The translations under genes and the position numbers were made by a program. The notes below the pieces were generated by a model. It was given only the letters and a program-made list of their open reading frames with translations. It made no database searches and was not told the origin of the DNA. A stretch of DNA of 64,000 nt from Mantamonas sphyraenae STR306 (lineage: Eukaryota; Protista; CRuMs): assembly GCA_026936335.1 (NCBI GenBank), contig JAPMXV010000027.1, positions 62,001-126,000 on the forward strand, written 5' to 3'. Below are positions 23,453 to 33,252 of this stretch, piece by piece. Every line of letters starts with the position of its first letter. The stretch's first letter is position 1.

Positions 23453-25104
23453 ATGGAGGACGAGCCAAAGAAACCGCACAATGCGCCCAAGGCCGGCGCC
23501 AAGTTCTCCAAGAAACAGGCGAAAGTGGAGAAGCGGCGGGGTCGGGAAAAGGAGATGGCACGGAACCCAAAGGCGTTCATCTCGTACTCGGCGGTGAATG
23601 CGGCCAAGAACGTGCGCCGTCGCCAGGAACTGGACCAGAAGAAGCTGCATGCACAGGCAGTGAACAGGGAGGTGGAAGTGCCGCCTCCTGTGATGGTGGC
23701 CGTGGCTGGCCCGCCTGGGGTGAGTGTGTGCAGCGGGCGGGAGGCATGCAGGCGAGACGACGACGGACGCAGAATCCGTCTGGCATTTACGGCGAGCGAC
23801 GCTGACACGCAGGAGGGCTGTGGACACAATGGGACGCATGAACACACAGGTGGGCAAGAGCACTCTGATCCGTTCGCTGGTCAAGAACTACACACGACAG
23901 AACATCACGGACATCAAGGGCCCCATCACGGTTGTCAGCGGCAAGAACCGACGGCTGACGTTTTTCGAGTCGCCGTCCGACCTGAACGCAATGATGGACC
24001 TGGGAAAGGTTGCAGACGTGGTGTTGCTGATGGTGGATGCCAGCTACGGCTTTGAGATGGAGACGTTTGAGTTTCTGAACATTCTGCAGCAGCACGGTTT
24101 CCCACGCATCATGGGCGTGCTGACGCACCTGGACAAGTTTACGAGTGGCAAGACGCTGCGAAACACAAAGAAGAAGCTGAAGCACCGGTTCTGGACAGAG
24201 ATCTACGACGGTGCAAAGCTGTTTGAACTGAGCGGCCTTGTGAACGGCAAGTACCCAAAGTCGGAGGTGCACAACCTGGCCCGGTTCATCTCTGTGCTCA
24301 AGTTTCGTCCTCTGGTGTGGCGCAACACACATCCGTACGTGCTGTGCGACCGCGTGGAGGACATGACAAACCCAGAACTTGTGCGTACGCAACCGACGTG
24401 CGCACGCCGGGTCACGCTGTACGGATACACGCGCGGCTCGTACCTGAAGCCCGGCATGAAGGTGCACATTCCGGGAGTGGGGGACTTTTTCATGAAAAGT
24501 GTGACGGCGCTTGCAGACCCTTGTCCTCCGTCGAGCGCGAGCAAGGAGAAGCGCAAGAAGCTGAAGGACAAGGAGAAGCAGCTGTACGCGCCAATGAGCG
24601 ACGTGGGCGACATTGTGTACGACCAAGACGCAGTGTACATCAACTTGATGGACCACCAGGTGCACTTTTCGAACCTGAAGCAGGAGGACCAGCTGCTGGA
24701 CGAGCAGGGCAACCCGCTGGAAGAGGACCAGGTGATGGACGTCAACACCATCCAGGCAAACCCAGAAACGGCGGGCGTGCGCATGGTGAAGCAGATGCAG
24801 ACCAGCGAGCGCACGCTGAACGACATGCTGGAGGAGAGCGAGATGCAGCTGTTCACAGGCAGCAAGGCTCTCAAGAGCGGCGACTTTGCTGAGCTGGAGT
24901 CCGGTGTGGGTCAAGACGATGACAACGAGACTGAGGACAACCTCAAGCAGATGGTGGGCCAGTACAAGGCACGTGTGCGCGAGCAGCAGGAGGTGGATGG
25001 CGACGGGCGTGTCCGACGCCGCGCCGTGTTTGACATGGAGGACGAAGAGGAGGAGGACGACGAGATGGACGAAGAGGACCAACGCCACCATCCACGTGTA
25101 TTTG

Positions 25105-25135
<31 letters not shown>

Positions 25136-27293
25136 TGATGACGACGACGACGACGATATCGAGGAGATGGGCAACTGGAGGATGGAGGGCCGGGGCGACG
25201 ACGACGACGACGACGAAGGTGACGAAGATGATGAAGACGATGACAGTGACGATGGCAGCAACGGAGGCGAAGGCAGTTCGACGCGGTGGAAGCAAAAGAT
25301 GCTGAGCAGGGCTGTGGATGCACATGCGTTTGGGACACACCGGATGTCTTTGTGGAATCTGATCTATGGCAAAGAGGAGGACGAGGAGGGTGAGGAGGCG
25401 GGTGAGGGCGGTGAGGGTGACGACGACGACGGGGAGTTTTTCAGGCCTGTGGGCAAGCAGCGAGGAGGACGCGGAAGCGATGTGGGAGGGTCGTCGTCGT
25501 CTTCGTCGTCGTCGTCGTCGTCCTCGTCGTCGAGCAACAGCGAATCGGAATCCAAGGTGGCACGGCTGTTGCGGGACGCAGACGCAGTGGATTCGGCCAA
25601 GAGCATGTGCGCTTTGGAAGACTCGCAAGAGGAAAGCGAGCTGATGAGCATGGGTGACGATGAAGTGGACGAGTTGGTGGAGATGATGAGGGACCGCTTC
25701 TTCAAAGGAGCGTTTCTGGAGAGTGAGGCCGCAGAGAACGAGGAGCAGGCATTGGAGGCAGCGATCCACGACCGCAGTGAGGTCTATGGAGATTTCGAGG
25801 ACATGGAGGGTGGCGAGGCAGAAGGCGGTGAGGAAGAAGAGGACGGAGAAGAAGGGGAGGAAGACAGCGAGGCAGAAAACGATCGGATGGATGACATGCT
25901 GGAGGAGATGGAGTCAAGCGACAGGTTGAACAAGAAACGCGCAAAGAAGGCCGAGTTTATGAAGCAAGCAGAGGAGGAGTGGGACATGGACGACGACGAA
26001 TTCCTGGACAGCGTACGTGCGGCGACGGACAGCCAAAAGGCACTGAACAAGGAGATGGTGGAAGGGATGAGCGAAGAGGAGCGGGTTGCGTTTGAGGGCT
26101 TCCGTGCAGGTGTGTATGTGCGCATCGAGGTGGAGGGGATGCCGTGTGAGTTTGTGCAGAACCTGAACCCTCGGATGCCCATTATTGTGGGAGGGCTGCT
26201 GGCGAGTGAGGAGAAGATGGGCCTTGTGCAGGTGCGTCTCAAGCGCCACCGCTGGTTCAAGAAGATCCTCAAGACGAACGACCCAGTGATTGTGAGCCTG
26301 GGCTGGCGGCGGTTCCAGACGATGCCCATGTACAGCATGACGGATCACAACCTGCGCAACCGGTACCTGAAGTACACGCCGGAACACATGCACTGCGTGG
26401 CGACGTTCTTTGGGCCGATCACCCCACCAAACACAGGCATGGTGGCGTTTCAGAGCCTGAGCAACAAGCTGACGCACTTCCGCGTGAGTGCCACCGGGGT
26501 TGTTCTCGAGCTGGACAAGAGCTTCAAGATTGTGAAGAAGCTGAAGCTGGTAGGCTATCCGTACAAGATCTTCAAGAACACGGCATTTGTACGAGGGATG
26601 TTCAACTCGCCGCTGGAGGTGGCCAAGTTCCAGGGGGCGTCTGTGCGCACTGTGAGCGGCATTCGGGGCCAGATCAAGCGTGCGCTGAGCAATGACAACG
26701 GAAACTTCCGCGCCACGTTTGAGGACAAGCTGCTCATGAGCGACATTGTATTTCTCAAGGCCTGGCTTCCGGTGGAGCCGATGCGATACTTCAACCCGCT
26801 GACATCGCTTCTGGAATCCAGCGATCAGCGGTGGCGCTCCATGCGCACGGTGGCGCAGCTGCGTCTGGCAAACGACGTCCCGGTGCCAGTCAAGGCGGAC
26901 AGCGTGTACAAACCTGTGGAACGACCGCAAACGAGGCGATTCAACAAGCTGATGGTGCCACGTACGCTGGAAGAGTCGCTGCCGTTTGCAAGCAAGCCGA
27001 AGGAGGCAAAGAAACGGGCAAGCAACAAGCCCACGTTGGAGCAGCGGCGTGCTGTGGCGCGTGATCCGCACGAGAAGCGTGTGGCACGTGTGATGCACCA
27101 GCTGATGACCATCAAGAAGGAGAAGGATAGCAAGCGCAGCCTGAAGCGCAAGGCGTTTGAAAAGAAGGTGGGACAGCTCAAGGCCGAGGAGACAAAGCGA
27201 CGCGAGGCGTCTCTCAAGAAGGAAAAGGCCAAGGCAGCCAAGCTGAGGAGCCAAAAGGAGCGCAGGAGTGCCAAGAGGCAGCGTGTGGAGTAG
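23453..27293 (+). CDS. BMS1: Ribosome biogenesis GTPase BMS1; 2 exons (23453-23719, 23850-27293)
   Basis: RNPKAF; spliced P-loop [16 protein letters not shown]; [11 protein letters not shown]; [15 protein letters not shown]; [10 protein letters not shown]; [11 protein letters not shown]. Intron 23720-23849 (GTGAGT...CACAG). Confidence 0.95.
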
Positions 27294-27330
27294 CGCGGCG
27301 GGAGAGTCAAGGAAAAAAACCGAAACAAAG

Positions 27331-27877
27331 ATGCCCACCAAGCTGCTGCTTCTGCTTTGCCTTGTCGCAAGCGTCACAGCCTTCCAGTGCTGTGTCTTCC
27401 ACTCGCAGTATGCCCCACACATGTACGGTGGTACGTTGTCGCGGGAAAGAAAGGGGGAAGGAAGGAATGGCGCGCCGCTGACCCAAATCTCAAAAAGTGA
27501 TGTGCACGTCTTACTACTGCCCCAAGGCCATCACCGGCTGGGGCGAATCACTTAGCAACAACTTTGTCACCGATTGCTACTGGTGCGGCGAGTTTATCAA
27601 CCAAACTGGACCGTCCCAGCACGTTTTGGACATGGACAAGCTGAAGCCAGAGCCGCCGAAGGTGCCTGAGAAGGAGGACGGAGACCCCATCCCGTGCTGC
27701 CTCTACAGCAAGAAGGAATACTACTACACCGAGCCGCTGATGACAGAGGCCATGAACCCTGACTATCAAGCGTATTGCTCGGGTGAAACCGAGGGAATGA
27801 CTCTCATTGGCAACTGGGACGTCTCCGAGCTCGAGAACCAGTGCTTCTTTGTGGTCAACGGCACCAACGGACCGTAA
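27331..27877 (+). CDS. Small secreted cysteine-rich protein (~159 aa) with two related CC-containing modules; 2 exons (27331-27430, 27498-27877)
   Basis: Signal peptide MPTKLLLLLCLVASVTA. A 67-nt intron (GTACGT...GCTGAC...AAG, phase 1) joins ORFs 27268-27555 and 27497-27877. Confidence 0.7.
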
Positions 27878-27973
27878 AGGTGATGAGCAGCATGTGAGTC
27901 TTCCACTGTCCATTCGTGCAGCAACCGCAACAAAGCTGTGCTGCTGCGTCCCCACCACAATCCCCCACTGCAA

Positions 27974-28747
27974 ATGGTCTTGGCCCAAACTCCAGCAAGC
28001 GAGAGGATAGGCGGCGTGTTGGGCCTGGTGGCATGTGCAGTTGTGCTGTGGGCAGCACATGCAGGCGCCACAGGCCAGGTTGCCTGGTGGACGGTTCTGC
28101 TGCTCGGTGCAAGCCTAGTGCCTGGATTCACTCTTGTGTTTTGGGAGCACGAAGCACATACAATGGGTCTGAACCCCATGCAAGGGTTGCAGCATGTGCT
28201 CCTGCGCAGCCTCGGCGTGTGGTTGTTCGTCAGCGTTCCCGTCGCCTTCTTCCTCGCCGAACCTGTGCCCAGCCTGCTCAAACTGATTGCCCCGCCTGTG
28301 GCCACTTGGGTGGGTGGCAACATGTGGGTTCGTAGAGTGCGTGCTGCGCCAGGAACAACGTCCCGCGACGTCCGCTCGGCACAACACAACGCTGGCACCT
28401 TTCTCCTCTCCCTCACTGTCTCCAGCTCAGCCACCTGGCTGTGTGTCTACGAATATGTCTCGCCCATGTACACGATGCCTGTCAGTGCTGCTGCCGGAGG
28501 ATTGGCCCTCAACGAGCTCGGTGTCGCCGGCCTGCCCATCCTCCTCTGTGTCCTCCTGCAGACGGCCCCTGAGAGCAAATACTGGGCTGTCATGCCCGTG
28601 GCTGGCCTTTCCCTCCTCATCTTTGTCTACATCTTTGCCAAGGCGGCCCACACGGGCTTTGTGCTCTCGCTGCAACCGGGAGGCCGCCCACGCACGCACA
28701 TGGCCAAACCAATGCCACCGCGCTCAGGGTACGCTGCCTCCTCGTAG
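27974..28747 (+). CDS. Hypothetical multi-pass membrane protein (about 7-8 hydrophobic segments)
   Basis: Uninterrupted hydrophobic ORF filling the gap between neighbours. No family recognised. Confidence 0.6.
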   Translation: MVLAQTPASERIGGVLGLVACAVVLWAAHAGATGQVAWWTVLLLGASLVPGFTLVFWEHEAHTMGLNPMQGLQHVLLRSLGVWLFVSVPVAFFLAEPVPSLLKLIAPPVATWVGGNMWVRRVRAAPGTTSRDVRSAQHNAGTFLLSLTVSSSATWLCVYEYVSPMYTMPVSAAAGGLALNELGVAGLPILLCVLLQTAPESKYWAVMPVAGLSLLIFVYIFAKAAHTGFVLSLQPGGRPRTHMAKPMPPRSGYAASS

Positions 28748-28828
28748 CCACGCCGCTATTCCGCACTCTCGCTCCTTCTGTCCCACAAACAAAACGTACA
28801 TCCTCCCTTCCCCCCTTTCTCGCTCACA

Positions 28829-31255
28829 ATGTTGGCGTCGCATCGTTTCCGCAGAACCTTTCCGTTTCTTGTCTTCGCCATTGCTCTGTTCACCTCGGCA
28901 GTGGCGTGTCATGCTGCCAATGTGCAGGTTTTGGTGGGCACAAACGTACCGGAGCGAGTCTCGCAGCGCATGCACGAGCTCGTGGGCCAGGTCCAAGGCC
29001 CGCTTCCCTCGGGCGTTGACTCACTCGTCCTTTCTTTCGGCAACACGAGCATCAGCGACGCAATTATCGTCGCAGCTGACATGGCTGCCATTCAGGGAGA
29101 CGGTTACGTGCTCAAGAGTGTCCTCCAGGGCACCACGCTGACACTGGCCGCCGACGGCAAAAAGGGCGAGAATTTCGCCTTGCCCACAAACCTCGGCGCC
29201 GTTTACGCAAGCTACGCCTTGCTCAAGGCTGCTGGCTTCTCTTTTCTGCATCCCCTCACGCCCAAGGCGCCGTCTGATTGGCACACGCTCGACACGTGCG
29301 TCCACACGCCGCTGCAGGCTCACGAGACGCCGTACTGGCCGGTGCGGCAGTGGCACTACCACTCGGAGCATCCACTGGAACTGACCGACGTCCTGCAGGG
29401 ATTCGGACGCAACCGTCAGTGGAACGACGCCGCTGGCTTCAAGAGCATGCTGCCGGAGGTGGACCTGTACGCAGAGTGGCTGGTGGCAAACAGGCAGAAC
29501 CGCATCGAATGGTCCATGCTACGCGCCGCCGAGTGGGACACGTTTGCCACGTCTTCGGAGCGCCAGCAGCGACTGCACACCGTGGTGGACATTTTCCACG
29601 CATACGGCGTGGCGTGTGCGCCGGACGTGCCCATTGCGGAGATCCAACAGCACGGTTGGTACCTTGTGCGCGACCAGAAGGCCAGCCTGAACGAACAGTT
29701 CCAACAGATCCGCGCAGGAATCGACTGGTTCATGGCCGTCGGCTTTGACTTTCTCAGCAGCGAGTCGGGCATCACCGAGTTTTCGCACGGCGGCTGCGAC
29801 CTCATGCTGGCATGGATCAACGAGACAGCCAACTACGTGACCCAACAGTATCCTCCTGCACGGGCATACATCAAGGTGCACATCAGTGCTGGTCAGACCT
29901 GCCCCAACCTCACCGACCCGGTCACACACAAGAAGCCCCTCAACTTCAACTATCTGCCCGTGTATGCCTCCCCAGCCATGGGAATCATGCCACACACTGT
30001 TCAGTTCTACCGCTTCGACGATCCCTCTTCAGGCACGTATGGCAACACGGACTTTCGCTCCATGTTCGCCTTTCTCACAGACGAGATGGGCGGCGCCCGC
30101 GAGGTGGTCTACCACGGCGAGACAGCGTACTGGGTCAGCTACGACATCAACGTGCCCCTCTTTCTGCCCGTGTATGCTGACAGTCGCCTGTACGATCTGC
30201 GAATGATTGCCGCCGCAGAGACTGCCTCTGGTCGCAGGATGCAGGGCCAGAACAACTTCCACAGCGGCTCCGAGTGGGCGTACTGGCTCAACGATGTCAT
30301 GACCATGAGTGCGGTGTGGAATCCCCACATGGAAATCCATTCGCACGAGCAGGCCTTTGCAGCCATTCTGGACGAAACGCTCGCGCCGTTTGGCGAAGCC
30401 GCCAAGCCACTCGCCTCCTTTGTCACCCAATGGGTGTCTGTCAATCGCGAGTACCAAATATTGGGCACCGTCGACGGCCATCGGGCAAACGACACATACA
30501 AGCGCAACGGTCAGGCGTACCTGGAGGGCTGGGACGCATGGGCACAGGTGGCCGCTCTCCTGGGCGGGGCTCACTGGCAGCCTGAGCGCCAGAGCATCAT
30601 CGACATTCGCAACCCAGGCACACAGACCCCAGACTACGCAAGCCAGGTGCAGCCTGTGTTGGCTGCTCAGGCCCAGGCCTTTGACATGCTCGCCACCGAG
30701 TTGCAGCAGGCTCTGTCCTCCGCCCACGTGCCACCTGCCATGCATGAGTATGTGGACGAAATTGTAGACAGTGCGCTGATGTCGCGCAACCGTGCAGTGC
30801 AAGTGTGGGCCCTCTACGACTACGCGTGGGGCTTCAACAGGGTCAACGACACATGGCGCAACGAGCGTCTCCATACAGCCGAGGAGGCGCTCAACAATTC
30901 CATCCCCATTGTCAAACGACGAGAAGCTGCCTATCGCGTTCCCGTCGACCGCATTGCTGGCTGGTGGGACACCGATGCTCCCACCAGCTACGTCCAGGGC
31001 TACCTGTGGCAGGTCCACTCCCTCTACTTTTTCTGGCGCGACTACAGCCGTGCTTTTGAAACCTCCTTTGACGTGCTGTCACCCTGCTACCTCAACATCG
31101 AGGATCCCACGGCCATCGCAAAGGGCGACGGCTGGGCCCTCACCCTCATGGAGATCCTCAACGAGGTCATCAAAAAGTTCCCATTCATCAGCGGACTGCT
31201 GAAGAACTGTCTTGTGGCACCCGATCACGAACTGGTGTTCCCAAGGGATCTGTGA
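28829..31255 (+). CDS. Secreted or lysosomal uncharacterised hydrolase-like protein (GH20/GH67-type N-terminal domain followed by a probable TIM barrel)
   Basis: Signal peptide. DGYVL...LTLAADG...LGAVYASYALL...GFSFLHP...ETPYWPVR matches the hexosaminidase domain-2-like entry pattern. 808 aa, intronless, several N-glycosylation sequons. Confidence 0.6.
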   Translation: MLASHRFRRTFPFLVFAIALFTSAVACHAANVQVLVGTNVPERVSQRMHELVGQVQGPLPSGVDSLVLSFGNTSISDAIIVAADMAAIQGDGYVLKSVLQGTTLTLAADGKKGENFALPTNLGAVYASYALLKAAGFSFLHPLTPKAPSDWHTLDTCVHTPLQAHETPYWPVRQWHYHSEHPLELTDVLQGFGRNRQWNDAAGFKSMLPEVDLYAEWLVANRQNRIEWSMLRAAEWDTFATSSERQQRLHTVVDIFHAYGVACAPDVPIAEIQQHGWYLVRDQKASLNEQFQQIRAGIDWFMAVGFDFLSSESGITEFSHGGCDLMLAWINETANYVTQQYPPARAYIKVHISAGQTCPNLTDPVTHKKPLNFNYLPVYASPAMGIMPHTVQFYRFDDPSSGTYGNTDFRSMFAFLTDEMGGAREVVYHGETAYWVSYDINVPLFLPVYADSRLYDLRMIAAAETASGRRMQGQNNFHSGSEWAYWLNDVMTMSAVWNPHMEIHSHEQAFAAILDETLAPFGEAAKPLASFVTQWVSVNREYQILGTVDGHRANDTYKRNGQAYLEGWDAWAQVAALLGGAHWQPERQSIIDIRNPGTQTPDYASQVQPVLAAQAQAFDMLATELQQALSSAHVPPAMHEYVDEIVDSALMSRNRAVQVWALYDYAWGFNRVNDTWRNERLHTAEEALNNSIPIVKRREAAYRVPVDRIAGWWDTDAPTSYVQGYLWQVHSLYFFWRDYSRAFETSFDVLSPCYLNIEDPTAIAKGDGWALTLMEILNEVIKKFPFISGLLKNCLVAPDHELVFPRDL

Positions 31256-31315
31256 AGTGTACAGGTGTAAAGGTGCAGCGCTGCGGGGCGAAACCCAAAA
31301 GCATCCCTGGCGGCC

Positions 31316-33111
31316 ATGGCAAGTCTCGCCAGAGAGCGTCCACGCCCAAATACATCCTCACGACCATTGCCATCCACCACGTCCACTTCTTCAGCTGAGG
31401 AGGACCCTGTCGAAGTGGCTGTGCCTATGCAGGAGGACACTGAACAGGCTGAGCCACTCCCCACGGGTGTGGAGGCCACAGAGATGGACTCTGACCACGA
31501 TGGCCCCCAGAAAGTCAGCAGCGATGTTCGACACAAAGACGACGACAACGACGAGGTGTCGACGACAACGACGACGAGGAACGACTGGGCACAGGCCTCT
31601 CCCTTGTCGAGTTTGCTCCGAGACGGTCCCAACAGCTCTACCCAGACCTTTCCGGCCACCAAGCGTTTGTGGCGTCACAAAGGAGCACCACACGTGTACA
31701 GAATGACCAAGGCACCACCGCCTCGGCTGCAGAAGACCAGCCGGGGCGTTTGCAGGCCACCGAAACGGAAGCGGCGGACGTGGACAGGCCGCCACTGCCG
31801 CAACAACACGACGGCAGACAAGACACACAGGCCAACCAAGCCATGCCGGTGGTAAAGACACGCAAGAAGCTGCGCAAGATTGTAGACAAGCAGTATGACC
31901 TGCACCTGGCTACGGGCTTGCACACGGAAGATCTTGATGTGACGGCCTCCACCGTGGCCATGGCCGTGGGCCACTCCATCATTGTGGACGCAAATGGACA
32001 GCAGACAGATTGGGTCGAGCAACGAGAGGGTCAGCCACGGCCACGGCGCGTACTGGACGACAGGGAGCGAGGGGAAGACGACGGCGAGGAGGAAGAGCAG
32101 GACGACGAACAGGATGGCGACGAGTCGACAGTGAAGCTTCGGGCCGTGGTGGAAGTGGACAAAGATGGCCAGGCTCGGCTGTGGCACTACATCGAAGACC
32201 AGGACTCACTCGTGTCGCTGTCGTTCCTCTACGGCGTGTCACAGTTTCAGCTGCGTGCAGCCAACAGGATGGCCAACACAAGCAATGTGCAGGAGCGGGA
32301 CAAGCTGCACATCCCTCTCGAGGTCTCCAAACAGGCCAACGGCAAGTTCAGGGTCACCATGGCGGACGGCACGACGCACCAGGTGGAAGAGAACAGCAAC
32401 GACGCAGTGCGCGAGTACAACACAAAGAAGCTGGTCAACCGCTTTGTGCTCAAGGCCAAGGGTTGCTCCAAGGAGGAGGCCCGCATGTACATTGAAGACA
32501 ACGCGTTGAACATCGACCGTGCTCTCAAGCAATACCACGACGATCTGTTGTGGGAACAGCTGCACACAATGCCCGTACAATCACGCAGCGATCCACGTGC
32601 CATGGGCAACCACGACATCTGGGTGGCGGCCAGCAAGCAGCTCAAGGTGGGTGACTTCAGCGTCCACAAACCTGCTCTCGACCATCGACACCCCAGCGAC
32701 GCAGAAAACGACAGCCACAGCAGCAACAACCATGAGACAGATGACAGACACACAGGCACATCCATGTTGGCCAATGCACGCATCCAATGGCGCAGGTGGA
32801 CACTCCGTGGTTCCAGTGTGCGCTACACGCCGCTCGACCAGTCTGCACCGTCGTCCGCCACCACCACCACCACCTCCTCCTCCTCCTCCTCCTCGTCCTC
32901 CACCGCATCGATGATTCCTTCCTCCTCCTCCTCCCTGGCCCCCATCGACGACGACCTCGAAGTTGGCGACGGAGACGGCTGGCGCCAGCGACTTTCGCGC
33001 GCCATGTCCTTCCGTCCCGTCGACCACTCCCGCCGTTGGACGAAGCTTCCGTCTTTGGCGACTTCCTCAAGCACGGACGAGGAATGGGTGGAAATGCAGG
33101 CGTGGAAATGA
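31316..33111 (+). CDS. Intracellular LysM + UBA-like domain protein; apparent 1-nt deletion near 31555
   Basis: LysM HYIEDQDSLVSLSFLYGVSQFQLRAANRM...KLHIP, followed by UBA-like LVNRFV..AKGCSKEEARMYIEDNALNIDRALKQYHDD. Adding one G at GAG(G)GTGTC fuses ORFs 31316 and 31669. A later ATG start is an alternative. Confidence 0.65.
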
Positions 33112-33252
33112 AACGAGCGGAGTCTGCCCCATCTCAACTCCCACCTCCCACCTCCCACGCGCCCTTCCTTTGTCCATTCCCTCTCCCGTCTACCTACCTT
33201 TGCGTATACACATCCAGAAGCCCAGTTTTCCGTCTCCGAACACGCACCTGCG

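Noticed and set aside
17295-31565. Programmed ribosomal frameshifting at the RRP5 and LysM breaks
   Set aside because: No X XXY YYZ slippery heptamer or evident stimulatory structure. Both are fixed by one G in an AG(G) context, typical of assembly indels.
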